Source of the DNA: the human T2T-CHM13v2.0 reference genome, Homo sapiens
Assembly (NCBI RefSeq): GCF_009914755.1
Contig: NC_060927.1
Strand: one strand, 5' to 3'
Length of the DNA stretch: 64,000 nucleotides
This document shows positions 1-16,836 of this stretch, in pieces. A model generated the notes under the pieces. The model saw only the letters and a program-made list of their open reading frames with translations, was not told the origin of the DNA and did no database searches. The translations under genes were made by a program, and so were the position numbers. How positions within the stretch are numbered: position 1 is the stretch's first letter; each line of letters begins with the position of its first letter.

Positions 1-280
1 TTTAGTTTACTATCAAACCTGCAACAAGCTGTGTAGAGGACAAACACAAGGTTAAGAACACAGTGAGCAGGATCACTCATGCCTCCTTCGTTCATCCTGG
101 GATGCACCAATAATTCTGGAGATTCAGCAGCATGCTTGTTGCAAGAAATACATTAGGACTAAGGAATCCCAAACAAAAAGTTCAGCTCACTACAACAGAA
201 GGAAATTCTTGCTGTTGCAAAGTTACACACAGCCACATGACATTTCTCATGTCAAAACTTGTCCCACTGCAGGTTTCAGT
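1..280 (+). pseudogene. Putative decayed Ig C1/C2-set domain exon (5' part outside window)
   Basis: Frame 3 reads FTIKPATSCVEDKHKVKNTVSRITHASFVHPGMHQ*FWRFSSMLVARNTLGLRNPKQKVQLTTTEGNSCCCKVTHSHMTFLMSKLVPLQVS. The end resembles the C1-set F/G-strand motif (YxCxVxH....L.V) and is followed by a donor-like gtaggt at 281. One in-frame stop. Confidence 0.35.
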
Positions 281-1419
281 GTAGGTGGCCTGGCAATAGC
301 TTATCAAGAGGTAGGAGCAAGCACATGGTGTTTGGTATTTTCATAAATTACTCTCTCCTACAATTCCCTCCCCTACTTTGGAGAAATTGAACACTGTATG
401 GTATGTTTTTAAATGATTTTTTTACATTAATATATAATTTATATTAATCACTATTAAGATAAACTACTACTGGAATATTCTCAACAAGATTCCACAGAAA
501 GTAAAACAAATTCCAAAATATGTTCCTTGGGAGAATAGTCTCTCAAAATAACTACAGTGGTAGACATAAGAAAATACAAAATATATGCTGCTAAATGTCT
601 CAGTTATGAAACTTAATCGAGGTTTCTCACTTCTTTAGATGATGTAAAAAGTTGAAAAGAATATTGCACCTGTCATTACAACAACAGAGAGCTGAGGATA
701 CAGGGCAACCAAATAACCAAAAAGTAATGAAAATACAGACTTCCTCCAAGGAGAAAAGGTACATGCATTTGCTTACCTGGGGCAGATTTTGCCAAACATC
801 ATACAAGTTGGTAAAAAAAAAAAGGCTAAAATTTTAACAAAGTGTTGAAGCTTGATTGTGGACTGGCATGAGAAGTTAGGAGTTATGCACACTTTATACA
901 ATCATTCAAATGATTTTCTCCATGGACATCACCAGGTGCTCATAAGAAACATTTGGGCAAAACAAGAGTCTGAGAAAATATCCCTCATGGTATATAAATG
1001 TACCTCATGGGGACAGAAATAGTAGCTTTTGCCTGAAAGGCTCAAAGCCCTCCATGAATCCATTTTCCCTATCTTTCCTAAGGAACCTTAACATATTGGA
1101 GGAATAGCAGCAAACACTGTTATCATTGTGGCATTGCTGTAAGCCCACTGTATCTAAAGAAAGAGAACAGAAAAAAAATTCTGTCTCAGGAGATGGGGAA
1201 GGTGTGGAGAGGTGCAAATACAGCCTTGGCCAAAACAATTAAAACTCAGGAGAAGAAGTCATGAGAACTCTTTACCCCTGAAACCCAAACACGATGCCTG
1301 CTTAAGACCAAGGCCAAGAAAAATCAGAAGAGAATATCCACTCCCCATATACCATCATGAGGCCAATAAGCATAAAAAGGTAAGGAACACTGTCTTCAGA
1401 GAAAGGGATAAGAGAGATG

Positions 1420-1698
1420 AGGCACAGTGCAAAGTAATCCTGGCATATTGAAAGGCCAAGGCAGGAGAATCTCTTGAGCCCAGGAGTTTGAAACCAGCCT
1501 GGGCAACATGGCAAGACCCTGTTTATACAAAAAATATAGAAAATTAGCTTGGCATGGTGGCACGTGACTGTAGTCCCAGCTACTTGGGAGGCTGAGGTGG
1601 GAGGATAGCATGAGTCTGGGAGGTTGAGGCCACAGTAAACCATTATTGCACCATTGCACTTCATTCTCAGTGACAGAGTAAGACTCTGTCTCAAAAAA
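1420..1698 (+). mobile_element. AluJ (diverged)
   Basis: Alu dimer with J-type sequence (cttgagcccaggagtttgaaaccagcctgggcaacatggcaagaccc) and a short A tail. Confidence 0.9.
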
Positions 1699-1889
1699 CC
1701 CATTCAAAATACAAGTTAAACTAGAGACATTTGAAATCTACGTTGCAACAGGGTAAATGTAATAACGCAACCCAAACATAGTTCTATTCCTGACAATGTT
1801 AACACAAACTGCACAATAAAGGCCTATCATAAGAATATTCACGTCCACTTCCAGGCATAAAGCTCTTCATTTCAGTGTTTACTGTCCTA

Positions 1890-2185
1890 CCCAACAACAT
1901 GGATGAATCTCAAGTGATTTATACTAAAAGAAGGTGAGATACTGTATGATTACATACACATGATGTTCTGGAAAACGTAAGACAACAGGGAAAGAAAACA
2001 GACCAATGATTGCCAGGACCTGGAGTTGGGGGAGAGATTAACTACAAAGGGACATGGGTTAATTTTATTCTATATTTTGATGGTATTGTTGGTTTTACAA
2101 CAGAATACATTTGTCAAAGTGTGCAGAACTATACACCAAAAAGGGTGAATTTTAGTTAGAAAGTTGTACTCTGAGAAAATGAAAA
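1890..2185 (+). mobile_element. Old L1 (L1MC/L1ME) 3' end fragment
   Basis: caacatggatgaatctc...gattgccagg...atacatttgtcaaa motifs typical of L1MC/ME 3' UTRs. Confidence 0.7.
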
Positions 2186-2845
2186 TAAATTATAAAATAT
2201 ATAATAGACAAGAGATTTTAAAAATGGGAATATTACAGTAAATGTATATGGCATTTTTAGATAGCTCTTAATTTCTAAATGCCAAACATGTGGGGCACAC
2301 ATAGAAGTGAGGATATAATGAGACTATTTCCCTTTTGAAGAAACAAAAGCACATTAGCATATTAAAGACACTGACTGTCCTAAATAAAGAAAAACTATAT
2401 TTTTTTAATGTGTGTAACACGTCTCAAAGGAATACCATTTTATGGAACATACATTGAGATAAGAGGACTTTACAAGGTCTAGACTTTGAAGAATCCATTA
2501 CTGTGTACTGACTAAGAAGCATTTTTAAGGAAGTTATTTTAGAGAAGTACAAAATTGTCACTGAAGAAAATAATATATCTCTTCATCCCCCAATGGATAG
2601 TTGAGTTGAAATAACTGGCCAGTAAAATGTTATTCTCTCAGTGTTAATGCTACCATAGCTGTGTAAAATTAGCCCCCCAAAACTTGGAGCCATGTCTTTG
2701 AAAGACCCAGTTGGAAATCACTGCATGATCAATGCCAGGAAGGGCTAGCTGTGTAAATTTGGTAATACAAAGAAAAATAAAATTGAGAGAAACCTTTTCC
2801 AAAAAACAGGGAAATAAAATTGTCATTAAAAGTACTAAAGATAGA

Positions 2846-3990
2846 AGGTTCTGGGAAGATGGTAGAATAGAAAACCCCAAGAATCTGTCTCCCCACCTAG
2901 ACAACAACCGCACTGGTGGAATATGTCTGACATCAATATATTGGAATTCCAGAATTTGTTGGAGGCTTGAAAATTCTAAAAGGCTTGGATAGGGAATTGC
3001 AGTTAATTTTGGACAATTTAAGCTTTTAACACAGTAGCGGCTATCCATTTCTCAGCCCCAGACTTGGGGCAGGCAATTGTGTATGTCTTCCTGGAGCAAC
3101 CTGCACTCAATATACAGAGCCAAGGTGGGCAAAAAAGGACCCTGTCTTCAAATATCAGAAATCTATGCACTGATTGTTGATTGCTACTTCTGATCACAGA
3201 GGTGCAGGCAAAGAGGTAGGCAGCCATTATGCTGCATCTCCTCCCAGAGGCACATATATATATATATATAAACCCTCACATATGTGGTCGAATTATTTTT
3301 GACAAGGATGCCAATACCATCCAATGGGGAAGGGTCAGTCTTTTAAATGTATGGTGCTGGGAAAATTTCAAAGAATGAGGTTGGATCATAAAGACAAATA
3401 ATGACATGAGACTCTTACGTAACACATATACAAAGATTAACTCAAAGTGGATCAAAGACTTAAATGTACTACATAAAATTATAAAACTCTTAGAAGAAAA
3501 TATAGGGAAAATGCTTCATGACATTGGATTTGACAGTGCATTCTTGGGTGTAACAGGAAAGGCATGAGCAACAGATGAAAAAATAGACAAATTAGACCAC
3601 AAAAATGTAAAAAATAAGTGCATCAGAGGATACTATCAACAGTGTAAAAAGACAACCCAGAGAATGGAAGAAAATATTTATGAATTATGTATTTGATAAG
3701 GGATAAACATCTAGGATACATAGAGAACTTCTAAAACTCAACTACAACCACCACCACCACAACAACAAATATTGGATGAATAACTTGAAAAAATGGACAA
3801 ATAACTCGAATAGAGATTTCTCCAAAGAAGATATCAAATAACCAATAAGCACATGAAAAAATGCTCAACATCACTAGTCATTTGAAAACTGCAAATTAAA
3901 ACTACAGCGAGAGACCATCCCATGCTCATTAGAACAGCTACAATTAAACAACAACAAAAAAAGAAAATAACAAGTGTTGTCAAGATTAGG
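2846..3990 (+). mobile_element. L1MB-type element, left part (5' UTR-like piece joined to ORF2 3' region)
   Basis: Starts ggttctgggaagatggtagaatag (L1M 5' end-like). After a (TA)n at ~3253-3270 it continues as ORF2 3' sequence up to aacaagtgttgtcaag, where a younger L1 interrupts it. Confidence 0.75.
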
Positions 3991-6900
3991 AGAGAGGAGC
4001 AGGTGGAGCAAGATGGCAGAATAGAAAGCTCCACCAATTACCTCCCCCTCACCCTGCAGGGACATCAAGTCAGCAACTGTCTACACAGAAAAACACTGTC
4101 ATAAAAAACAAAACTCAGGTGAACACTCACAGCACCTTGTTTATCTTCATATCGCCGAAAGAGGCTCTGAAGAGATAGAAAAAACAGTCCTGAATCACCA
4201 ACACCACCACTCCTCAGCCTTTGGCAGTGGTGATGTGGTGTGGAGACCATCTCTGGGTGCTTGAGGGAGGGAGACCACAATTGTGAGGCATTGAACTCAG
4301 AGCTGTCCTTTAAAGCACAAAGGAAAACTGGACCAAACTCAGCAGATGTTTGCCCACTGAAGGGGCATTTAAACCAGCCCTAGCCAGAAGGAAATCACTG
4401 ATACCAGTGGTCCAAACCTGAGTACCCACAAACCTTGTCATGGAGGGCTACAGCACTCTGTGTCTCCAAGTAAACTTGAAAAGCAGTCTAGAACATAAGG
4501 ACTGCCAACTGCCAACTCTTAGTGAGTCTTAGTGCTGAACTAGGCCTAGAGAGACTGGACTGAGGGGGCAGTCAACATACTGAGACACCAGCTGGGGCAG
4601 CCAAGGGAGTGCTGGCATCACTCGTCCGTTAACCCCTGGCTATAGAGCTATTGACTTCAAAAGAGACTCCTTCCTTCAGCTTGAAAAGAGGAGTGGGAAG
4701 AGTGGGGAGGACTTTGCCTTGCCTCTAGGAAACCAGCTCAGCCACAGTAGCACAGGACACTGGTCAGAGTTGTGAGGCCCCTGTTCCAGACCCTAGCTCC
4801 CAGATTATATTTCTAGACACATTGTGGGTCAGAGTGGAACCCACTGCCTTGAAGGAAGGACCCAGTTCTGGCAGAATTCATCAACTGTTAACTGAAGAGC
4901 CCTTCGGCACTGAATAACCCCCAGTGATACTCATGTACTACCTCAAGGGCCTTGGGTGAGTCGCTGAGACTTGCTGGCTTCAGGTGAAACTCAGTACATT
5001 ACCAGCTGTGGTGGCTATTGGGCAAAACTCCTGCTGCTTGAGAAAAGTGGAGGGAAAAGTAAAGGGGAATTTGTCTTGGACCTTAGGTACCAGCACAGTC
5101 ACCAGGGACTAAAGCAACAAGTGGGCTCTTGGGGTCCCCTGGCATTTTGGGACCTGCCCTGGGCCAGAGGAGAGTCCACTGCCTTAAAGATTGTGTCCCA
5201 GGCCAGGCAGCATTCACGTCAAGCTGACTTAAGAGACTATGAGCCTTAAGGGAACATCAGCAGTAGTCTGGCAATACTCCTGGTGGCCTGGAGTGACTGT
5301 TGGTACAGGATGAAGCTCCTCTGCCTTTGGAAAGGGAGGGAGGAGTGGGAAGGACTGCATCTTGTGGTTTGAGTGCTAGCTCAGCTGCAGTACAATAGAA
5401 CACCAGGTAGACTTCTAAGGTTTGTGACTCTAGTACCTGACTCCTGGAAGGTGCTTCTTGACCCACCTGGGGCCTGGATAGACCTCACTTCACTGAAGGG
5501 AAGGATACAGGCCTGGCTGGTTTTGTAAGTGGCTGATTGTGGAGCCCCAGGGCTTTGAGAGAACAGGGAGCGGCTATGGCAAGCCTTGGGCGAGATCTAG
5601 AACTGTGCAAGCTTCATGTCTGATCCAGTGTAGTCATAGTGGTGTTGGCCACAGGGGTGCTTGGGTCACTACTGATTTAGGTGGCTCAGAGCAGAGAGAG
5701 TGAGAGACTCTATGTTTGGCAGAAAGTAAGGGAAGAGAACAAGAATCTCTGCCTCATCTCCAGAGAATTCTACTGGATCTTGTCCAAAACAATAAAAGTA
5801 GTAACCTCTATGAGTCTGCAAGAACCACAGAGTTACTGGGCTTGGGAATGCTCCCTAAAGCAGATAAAGCTTAGATCATGATGCCTAAGTCTTTTCAAAT
5901 ATCTGACAAGCCTTCCCAAGAATGATGTCTACAAAAAAGCCCAGACAGTGAATACTCCAATAAATATATAACTCTTTGATGCCCAGACGCTAAGGTCATC
6001 TACTAGCAACAACATTATCCAGGAAAACATGGCCTCACCAAATGAACTAAATAAGTCCCCAGGGATCAATTATGGAGAAACAGAGGTATGTGACCTTTCA
6101 GACACAGAATTCAGAAGAGCTATGTTGAAGAAACTCAAAGAAATTCAAGATAACACAGAGAAGGAATTCACAATTCTATGAGATAAATTTAACAAGGAGA
6201 TTAAAATAATTTAAAAGAATCAGACAGAAATTCTGGGCTGCAAAATGCAATTGGCATACTGAAGAATTCATCAGAGTTCTTCAAGAGCAGAGTTGATCAA
6301 GCAGAAGAATTAGTGAGCTTGAAGATAGACTATTTGAAAACACACAGTCAGAAGAGACATAAAAACAGCAATAACAATGAAGCATGCTTACAGGATCTAG
6401 AAAATACCCTCAAAAGGGCAAATCTAAGAATTGTTGGCTTTAAAGAGGAGATAGAGAAAGAGATAAGGGTAAAAAGTTTACTCAAAAGGATAATAACAGA
6501 GAACTTCTGAAATCTAGGGAAAAATGTTAATATCCAAGTACAAGAAGGGTATAGAACACCAAGTAGATTTAACCCAAAGAAGATTACTTCAAGACATTTA
6601 ATAATCAAATTACCAAAGGTCAAGTATAAGGCAAGGAAAAAGCAGCAAGAGAAAATAAAGAAATAACATACAACGGAGCTCCAATATATCTGGCAGCAGA
6701 CTTTTCAGTGGGAAACTTACAGGCCAGGAGAGAGTGGTATGACATATTTAAAGTGCTGAAGGAAAAGAAAATGTTTAACCTGGAATAGCATACTTGGCAA
6801 AAAATCCTTCAACCATAAAGGAGAAATAAAGACTTTGCCAAACAAAAGCTGAGGGATTTCATCAATACCAGACCTGTATTACAAGAAATGTTAAAGGGAG

Positions 6901-9900
6901 TATTTCAATCAGAGACAAAACGATATTAATGAGCAATAAATAATCACCCAAAAGTACAAAGCTCACTGGTAATAGTAAGTACACAGAAAAATACAGAATA
7001 TTATAACACTGCGACTGTGGTTTGTAAACTACTTTTATCTTAAGTAGAAGGGATAAATAATGAACCATCCAAAAATAATAACTAGAATTACCTTTCAAAT
7101 TATGTCAGTACGATAAAATACAAATAGAGTAAACACTCCAATCAAAAGACAGAATGACTGAAAGGATAAAAATAAAACTGAACCTAAAAATCTGTTGTCT
7201 ACAAGAAACACACTTCACCTATAAAGACACACATAGACTGACAATAAATGAATAGTAAAAGCTATTTCATGCCAATGAAAACCAAAAAAGAGCAGAAGTT
7301 GCTATACTTATATCAGACAAAATAAATTTCAAGACAAAAATTATAAGAAGAGACAAAGAAGGTCATTATATAATAATAAAGGGGTCAATTCAACAAGAGG
7401 ATATAATGATTATAAATATATATGCACCTAACACTGGAGCACCCTGATATACAAAAGAAATATGATTAGAGCTAAAGAGAGAGATAAGCCTCGATATAAT
7501 CATAGCTGGAGACTTCAACATCATACTTTCAGCATTGGACATATCTTCCAGACAGAAAATCAACAAAGAAACAGTGGCCTTATTATGCACTATATACCAA
7601 ATTACCCCAATAAATATTTACAAAACATTTGATCCAATGGCTGCAGAATATACATTATTTTTTCTCAGGACATGAATCATTCTCAAAGATAGAACATATA
7701 TTAGGTCATAAAACACATCTTAAATTATTCAAAAATTGAAATAATATAAAGCATCTTCTCTAACCACAATGGAATAAACTAGAAATTAATAACAACAAAA
7801 ACTTTGGAAACTATACAGATATATAGAAATTAAACAAATGCTCCTGAAAGTCTAGTGAGTCAATGAAAAAATTAAGAAGGAAATTGAAAAATTTCTTGAA
7901 GCAAATGATAATGGGAACACAACATAGCCAAACCTATGGGATATAGCAAAAGCAGTACTGAGAGGGAAGTTTATAGCAGTAAGTGCCTGCACAAAAAAAG
8001 GAGAAAAAAAAAAAAACTTCAAATGAACAATCTAATGATGCATTATAAAGAACTAGAAAAACAAGAACAACCAAAAAAATTTGTAGAAGAAAAAATAATA
8101 AAGATAAAAGCAAAAATAAATGAAATTGAAATAAAACAACAACAATACAAATGATCAATGAAACACAAGTTGGTTTTTAAAAAGTTAAATGAAATTGATA
8201 AACTTTTAGCCAGACTAAGAGAAAAATAGAGATGATCCAAATAAATAAAATGAGAAATGAAAAAGGAGACATTACAACTGATTCTGTAGAAATTCAAAGG
8301 GTTATTAGTGGCTACTATGAGCAACTATATGCCAATAAATTGGAAAATCTAGAATAAGTTGACAAATTCTAAGATATATACAACCTACCAAGATTGAACC
8401 ACGAAGAAATCCAAAATCTGAACAGACCAATAACAAATAACAAGATTGAAGCCATGATAAAAAAGTCTCCCAGTTAAGAAAAGCCTGTGACCTGATGGCT
8501 TCACTGCTGAATCCTACCAAACATTTAAAGAAGAACTAATACAAATCCTATTAAAATGATTCCAAAGATTAGACGAGGAGGAAATACCTCCAAATTCAAC
8601 CTATGAGGCCAGTATTACCAGTATTACCATGATACAAAACCCAAACCAAACACATCAAAAAAGAAAACTACAAGCTGATGTCTCTGATGAATATTGATGC
8701 AGAAATCATCAACAAAATACTAGAAAACCAAATTCAACACATGAGAAAGAGCATTCATCATGACCAAGTGGGATTTATCCCTGGGATGCAAGGATGGTTC
8801 ATCATATGCAAATCAATCAGTGTGAGACATTATATCAACAGAATGAAGGATAAAAAACATATGATCATTTTAGTTGATGCTGACAAAGCATTTGGTAAAA
8901 TTCAACATCCGTTCATGAAAAAAACCCAAAACTAGGTATAGAAGGAACATACCTCAACGTAATAAAAGCCATAAATGACAGACCCACAGCTAGTATCATA
9001 ATGTATGGGAAAAACTTAAGGTCTTTTCTCTAAGGTCTGGAACACACCAAGGATGCCCAGTGTCACCACTGTTATTCAACATAATACATAATACCAGAAG
9101 TCCTAGCTAGAGCAATCAGACAAGTGAAATAATAAATAAAGGGCATCCAAATTGGAAATGGAGGAAGTCAAGTTGTCCTTTTTAGATGCTATGATCTAAT
9201 ATTTGGAAAAACCTAAAGAATCCACAAGAAAACTAATAGAATTGATAAACAATTTCAGTAAATTGTCAGGATACAAAATCAACATAAAAAAGCAGTAGCA
9301 TTTCTATATGTCATAAATGAACAATGTGAAAAAGAAATAAAAAATTCCATTTACAATGACCACGCATAAAATACCTAGGAATTCACCAAAGTGAAAGATG
9401 TCTATAATAAAACTATAAAACACTGATGAAAGAAATTAAAAATGACACCAAAAAATGGAAAAATATTCCATGTTTGTGGGTTGGAAGAATCAATATAGTT
9501 AAAGTGTTCATGCTACCCAAAGCAGTCTACAGATTGAATGCAATCCCCATCAAAATATCAATGGCATTCTTTACGGAAATAGAAAAATATCCTAAAATTT
9601 ATGTGGAACCAGAGAAGACCTAGAGTAGTCAAAGCTATCCTAAACAAAAAGAATGAAACTGAAGGAATCACATTATCTGACTTCAAATTATACTATAGAG
9701 CTATAGTAACCAATGCAGCTTGGTACCAGCATAAGAATAGACCCATAGACCAAATAGAACAGAATAGAGAACCCAGAATCAAATCTAAACACCTACAATT
9801 TACTCACTTTCAACAAAGGTGCCAATAACATACACTAGGGAAAAGACAGTCTCTTCAATAAATAGTACTGGAAAAACTGGACATCCATATGCAGAAGAAT

Positions 9901-11255
9901 GAAGTTAGAACCCATCTCTCACCATATACAAAAATCAAATCAAAATGGAATAAAGACTCAAATCTATGACCTCAAACATAAAACTACTAAGCAGAGATTG
10001 AAAACATTGGAGAAACACTCTAGGACATTTGTCAGGGCAAAGGTTATTTGACCAGTACCCCACAAGCACAGGCAACCAAAAGAAGAAGAAATTGACAAAT
10101 GAGATCACATTAAGTTAAAAAGTTTCTGCACAGCTTGGGATATCATCAGCAAGATGAAGAGATAACCCCTACCAGAATGGGAGAAAATATTTGCAAAATA
10201 CCCATCTGAGAAGGGATTAAAACCAGAATATATAAGGAGCTCAAACAACTCAATAGGAAAAAAATCTAATAATCTGATCAAAAGATGGGCAAAAGATGTG
10301 AATAGACATTTCTCAAAAGAGGACATACAAATAGTAAACAGGCATATGAAGAGGTGCTCAACATCACTGATCATCAGAGAAATGCTGGTCAAACCTGCAA
10401 TGAGATATAATCTCACTCCAGTTAAAATGGCTTTTCTTCAAAAGACAGGCAATAACAAATGCTGGTGAGGATGTGGAGAAAAGGAAACCCTTGTGTACTG
10501 CTGGTAGAAATGTAAATTGGTAAAACCACTAGGCAGAAGAGTTTGGAGGTTTTTTAAAAAACTAAAAATTGAGCTACTGTGTGATCCAGCAGTTCCGCTG
10601 CTGGGTATATACCCCTGAAAAAGGAATTCAATATACTGAAGAGATATCTGTACTCCTGTGTTTTTGTAGCACTGTTTACAGTAGGTAAGATTTGGAGGCA
10701 ACCTAAGTGTCCATCAACAGATGAATGGATAAAGAAAATATGGTACATATATACAATGGAGTACTATTCAGTCATAAAAAGAATGAGATCCAGTCATTTG
10801 CAATAACGTGGAGGGAAGTGGAGATTATTAAGTAAAATAAGCCATGCACAGAAAGAGAAACATCAGATGTTCTCACTTGCTTGTGAGATCTAAAGTCAAA
10901 ACAATTGAACTCATGGACATAGAGAGTAGAAGGATGGTTACCAGCTGGCGAGGGTAATAGGAGGCTGAGAGGAAGTGGGGATGGTTAACGGGTTAAAAAA
11001 ATAGAAAGAATGAATAAGACATTATTTGATAGCACAGTAGGAGACTATAGTCCATGATAAGTTAATTGTATGTTTTACAATAACATAAAGAGTGTAATTG
11101 GGTTGTCTGCAACTCAAAGGACAAATGCTTGAGGAGATGGATATTCCTTTCTCTATGATGTGCCTATTTTACATTGGATGCCTGTATCAAAACATGTCAT
11201 GTCTTCTATAAATATATATACCTACTATGTACCCACAAAAAGAATAAAAATAAAA
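3991..11255 (+). mobile_element. Full-length L1MA2/L1MA3-like LINE-1 (~7.3 kb, ORFs disrupted)
   Basis: 5' gagcaagatggcagaatagaaagctcc, ~2 kb 5' UTR, ORF1 remnants (6313-6510), ORF2 EN/RT remnants (8678-8935, 9426-9828) and an L1MA2-type 3' UTR ending cctactatgtacccacaaaaa. Degenerate TSD aagattagg (3982-3990) / aagaattagg (11255-11264). Confidence 0.9.
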
Positions 11256-11945
11256 AGAATTAGGGGAAATTGGAACCATTCTGCGCTATTGGTGGGAATG
11301 TAAAATGGTACAGCCACTGTGTAAAACAGTTCATCAGAACAGTATGGCAGTTCATCAAAAAATTAAAAATAGAATTTTCATATGATCCAGCATTTCCACT
11401 TCTGGATATATACCCAACAGAATAGAAACCAAAATCTTGAAGAGATATTTGTACACCCATGTTCATAGCAGCATATATTCACAATAGCTAAAATGTAGAA
11501 ACAAACCAAGTTTCCATCCATGGATTAACAGACAAGCAAAACGTGTTATATACATACAATGAAATATTCAACTTTAAAAAGGAAGGAAATTCTAATATAT
11601 GCTACAACATGGATGAAACTTGAGGAAATTATGCTTAAATGAAATAAGGCAGTAACAAAAAGACATATACTGTATGATTCCATTTATATGAGGTACTTAG
11701 AACATTCAAAATCACGGAGACAGAAAAAACAGTGGTTGCAGCATCTGGCGGGAGGGGGAAATAGAGAGTAATTGTTTAATGGGAATGTAGCTTCAGTTTG
11801 AGGAGACGAAAAGAGTTCTGCAGATGGATGATGGTCATGATTGCACAACATCAGACATGTATTTAATACCACTGAACCATAATACACTTAAAAATCATCA
11901 AAGTGGTAAATTTTATATGTATTTTACCACATTAAAAAAAAAGAA
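11256..11945 (+). mobile_element. L1MB 3' end (continuation of the 2846-3990 element)
   Basis: Resumes at ggggaaattggaacc...ggtgggaatgtaaaatggtacagcc, where the left part stopped. Ends tattttaccac plus A tail. Confidence 0.85.
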
Positions 11946-13588
11946 GAAAGGACTAAAATATATTTTTTCTTTTTTTTTTTTAGTCTCTCTCTAGATCTGT
12001 CATGGTATTTTTTTTTCTTGCAATTTAATGCCTGCATCCTCTACCCCGGTGACACTCACCTGATGAGTGCAAATGTTTGTAATTGTCCTAGGGCTCTGTC
12101 TCCTGAACTCAGTGTTCTGAAGCAGGGGAATTAGGTAGAGAACTAGTTTCTGTTTCTCTTGGCCTGCCACCCAAATCCACAGAGGTTGAGCAACCTCTTG
12201 CTTAGGTATTGGTTAGGGTATGGATGAGAGGCAGCAGCCTAGGGAGCCATGGTACTGTCAACCCAGCATGGGGATGGTCACCTCCATTCCCTGCTCTGAG
12301 ACTGTAGGGAGAGAGAGACGGGATACCTGTCCCCAACATAGGCTATAGCTTCCTTCATTGTTAAATATCCACATTTCCTTGCTACACTCAGGGAGATTCT
12401 GGCTTACTTACTCTTTCCTGAGGCCCAGAAATCTATGTCAATGATTTTGATGTGCAGTCACATTTGAGAGTGAGATATGACACTTGTGAATTTGAGGACT
12501 AGAGGCTAGTACAAAGGCAAATTTTGAGTACGTGTGAGTTCTCATATGATATTAAATTGGCATCATAGATGAGAGTTTTTTCTGAGTGAGAACAGAATTT
12601 AGCTTAGATCAGTCTTTAAAAAAATGTAAAATTCTTCACACTTTACTTCTTAGAAGAGACTGAAAATTTGAAGAAGAGGGCAAGAGATTAATTTAGGATT
12701 TGGCATCAGAGGAGTTCCTCAGAAATGAAGTCACATAAAGACTCTTTAGAAGCAAAGTCATCTTATAACAAGAGAGAAATATTAGCAAACTTTTGCTTCA
12801 CAACACGGAAGAAAATGGATCAGTTTACTTGAACTGTTTAAAAATAAATTTATATATTATTATATCTGCACAAAGCTAGATTATTTTTAATGTTAGCAAA
12901 GGAGAAAAATATTAATTTTTTACACAATCTTCTAATTGTCTCAGCATCATTATCTATAATTTATTAAATCGCTCAATAATTTAAAAAAGAAAATGTACTT
13001 AAAATATTTAAATGTTTTTAATAAAGAAAACAATTTTTAAGTTCTTAAGCTTATTTCAAGATAATTATAATTGTGATCACCTTCTAAAATAGCACCAAGG
13101 AACCTGTAAACATAGATAAGTTTTATGTATATATGTATAAGCAATCTCTACTCCAGTTCTTCTTTTCCACAGCTCTCAAGGGCATCTGTGACAATAATAA
13201 AACATCTAAATAAAGGACATCTAAAACAAAGAATATGATCCTGTTACTACCTTACTAGATTTTAATGGTTGTCTAATGTCTTCAACAAAAAATGTCAATT
13301 TCTTAGCATGACATAAAAGGACTTTAAAATTTGGGTGCTTCATTTCTTTCTATCTCTTCTACCATGCAGTCTTTATAGTTTCTAAATTTCCAGGTTTTCA
13401 GGGTTTCAGAAGTGCTTGCTTTCATGTAAGCTGTTTTCTGCCTTCACCTAGATAAATGCTTCTCTATTCTTTGATGCTGTGTTTAAATATTGCTTCTTTT
13501 TGTCTGTTTTAGATTTCACGAGATGTTTCTTCAACACACACACACAAAAAACAAAAGAGAAAGTGGGAGAGGGAAAAGGAGACAATCA

Positions 13589-15430
<1,842 letters not shown>

Positions 15431-16785
15431 GCTAGAACATGTGCCTGGAATACATCTTATAATCTTGATTTTGCAACTATTTTGTCTGTGACTTCTAAAA
15501 TGCCACTTTATCCTCTGCCTTGGTTATTTCATTGATTAAGTAAGAAAGATGGACCAGATGACTTTAAAATTCCATTGTATTTCTTATCGTCATCTCTTTC
15601 TATGGACTTAAGAGTGAGGAGGGAAATAAATGAAAGTGAAGACAACATGGAATAAAATAGCAGAACACGGTCTCAGACTTTTGCCTCTCTTAAGAGACCA
15701 GAGATAGAGAGAGAAAATGTAAAGGTATGTGTACAAGTAGAGGGTGTGTTGAAAAATGGAAAATTATTGCACAGGAATAATCCTTACTTCTCTCATTACA
15801 AAAATGTTAATGCTTTAAAAAAAGAGAGAAAGAAATGGGAGCACATAATGAACAATCTTGAGAGTGAAGGGTAGTGGGAATAAAAAAAAATTGGACATGA
15901 TTTGAACAGTTACAATTTATTTGTTTATCAAATATTTACTAAGCCTCTACCAAGTAGGGTTTTCTATCCTAGGCACGGGGACTAAAATAGTGAAGAAATA
16001 TAAACAAGACAACCTTAAATTTTGCCCTTAAGAGTGTCAGGATGTACTGTTGGTTATACAGCATGAATTTCTGGAAGGCCCAATTTGTTTAAAGTATAAT
16101 TTGCTTCAATAAAACTCAGCAGTTGGCTACTGGGGAGGAAGAGGCTGTTGGTGCTTCTTAAAGGTTTGGTGAAGAGACAGAGGTCAGAGATGAAGAATCT
16201 TAGGGTGGTTGTGAATTTTATTCAAAACATGGTTCTAGTTAGTTGGGAAGACAGATGAAGGATGAACATTAGAAGTCAGACACCAGGTCAAGATGAGGAT
16301 GAGAAGTGAATATTTTCTAATTATGATATTCAGTTACAAACGACTCAAATTTATGATTTTAAGCAAGCTAACCGTAGCAGAAATACATAATGTACAAGGC
16401 AAGAAGCCAACATTCAGAAAGCAATGATATTACAACTAAATGAAAATTATTAACTCCAGTTGTACACTTGATTACCCTTGAGTGGCTTCAATTGATTTGG
16501 GTAAGACTCACATATGAGGAAATGTGAGATTTTATCCTGCATTTTTGGCTCAGTTCATAGTCCTCACACAAACCCTACAATGCAAGTCCAAGGAATTAGA
16601 CAGCTTTGCATGAGATACTTTTTGAGTTGTTGTGGTTTGCTTAGAAAAAACAAAACAAAGTAATTTGGGAATATTTATAGAAGTGGGGTAACTTAAAGAA
16701 TATTGTAGATGAAGACATATCTTTACACATTTATTCTCTTGAATATCAGTTGTTAAATAATTTGATCTTTTTACATGATTTTCAG

Positions 16786-16836
16786 AAAAATCCAGTGTAG
16801 CAGAACCTCCAGGATTTATCACCACGTTTAAAATAC
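16786..16836 (+). other. Candidate 51-nt exon (phase 1-1; KSSVAEPPGFITTFKI)
   Basis: ttttcag acceptor and gtgagt donor. Length is a multiple of 3 and the phase-1 frame is open. Confidence 0.3.

Noticed and set aside
1302-1707. 133-aa and 103-aa minus-strand ORFs
   Set aside because: Antisense Alu translation. The same applies to ORFs at 21174, 24599, 30773, 33488, 36040 and 58719.
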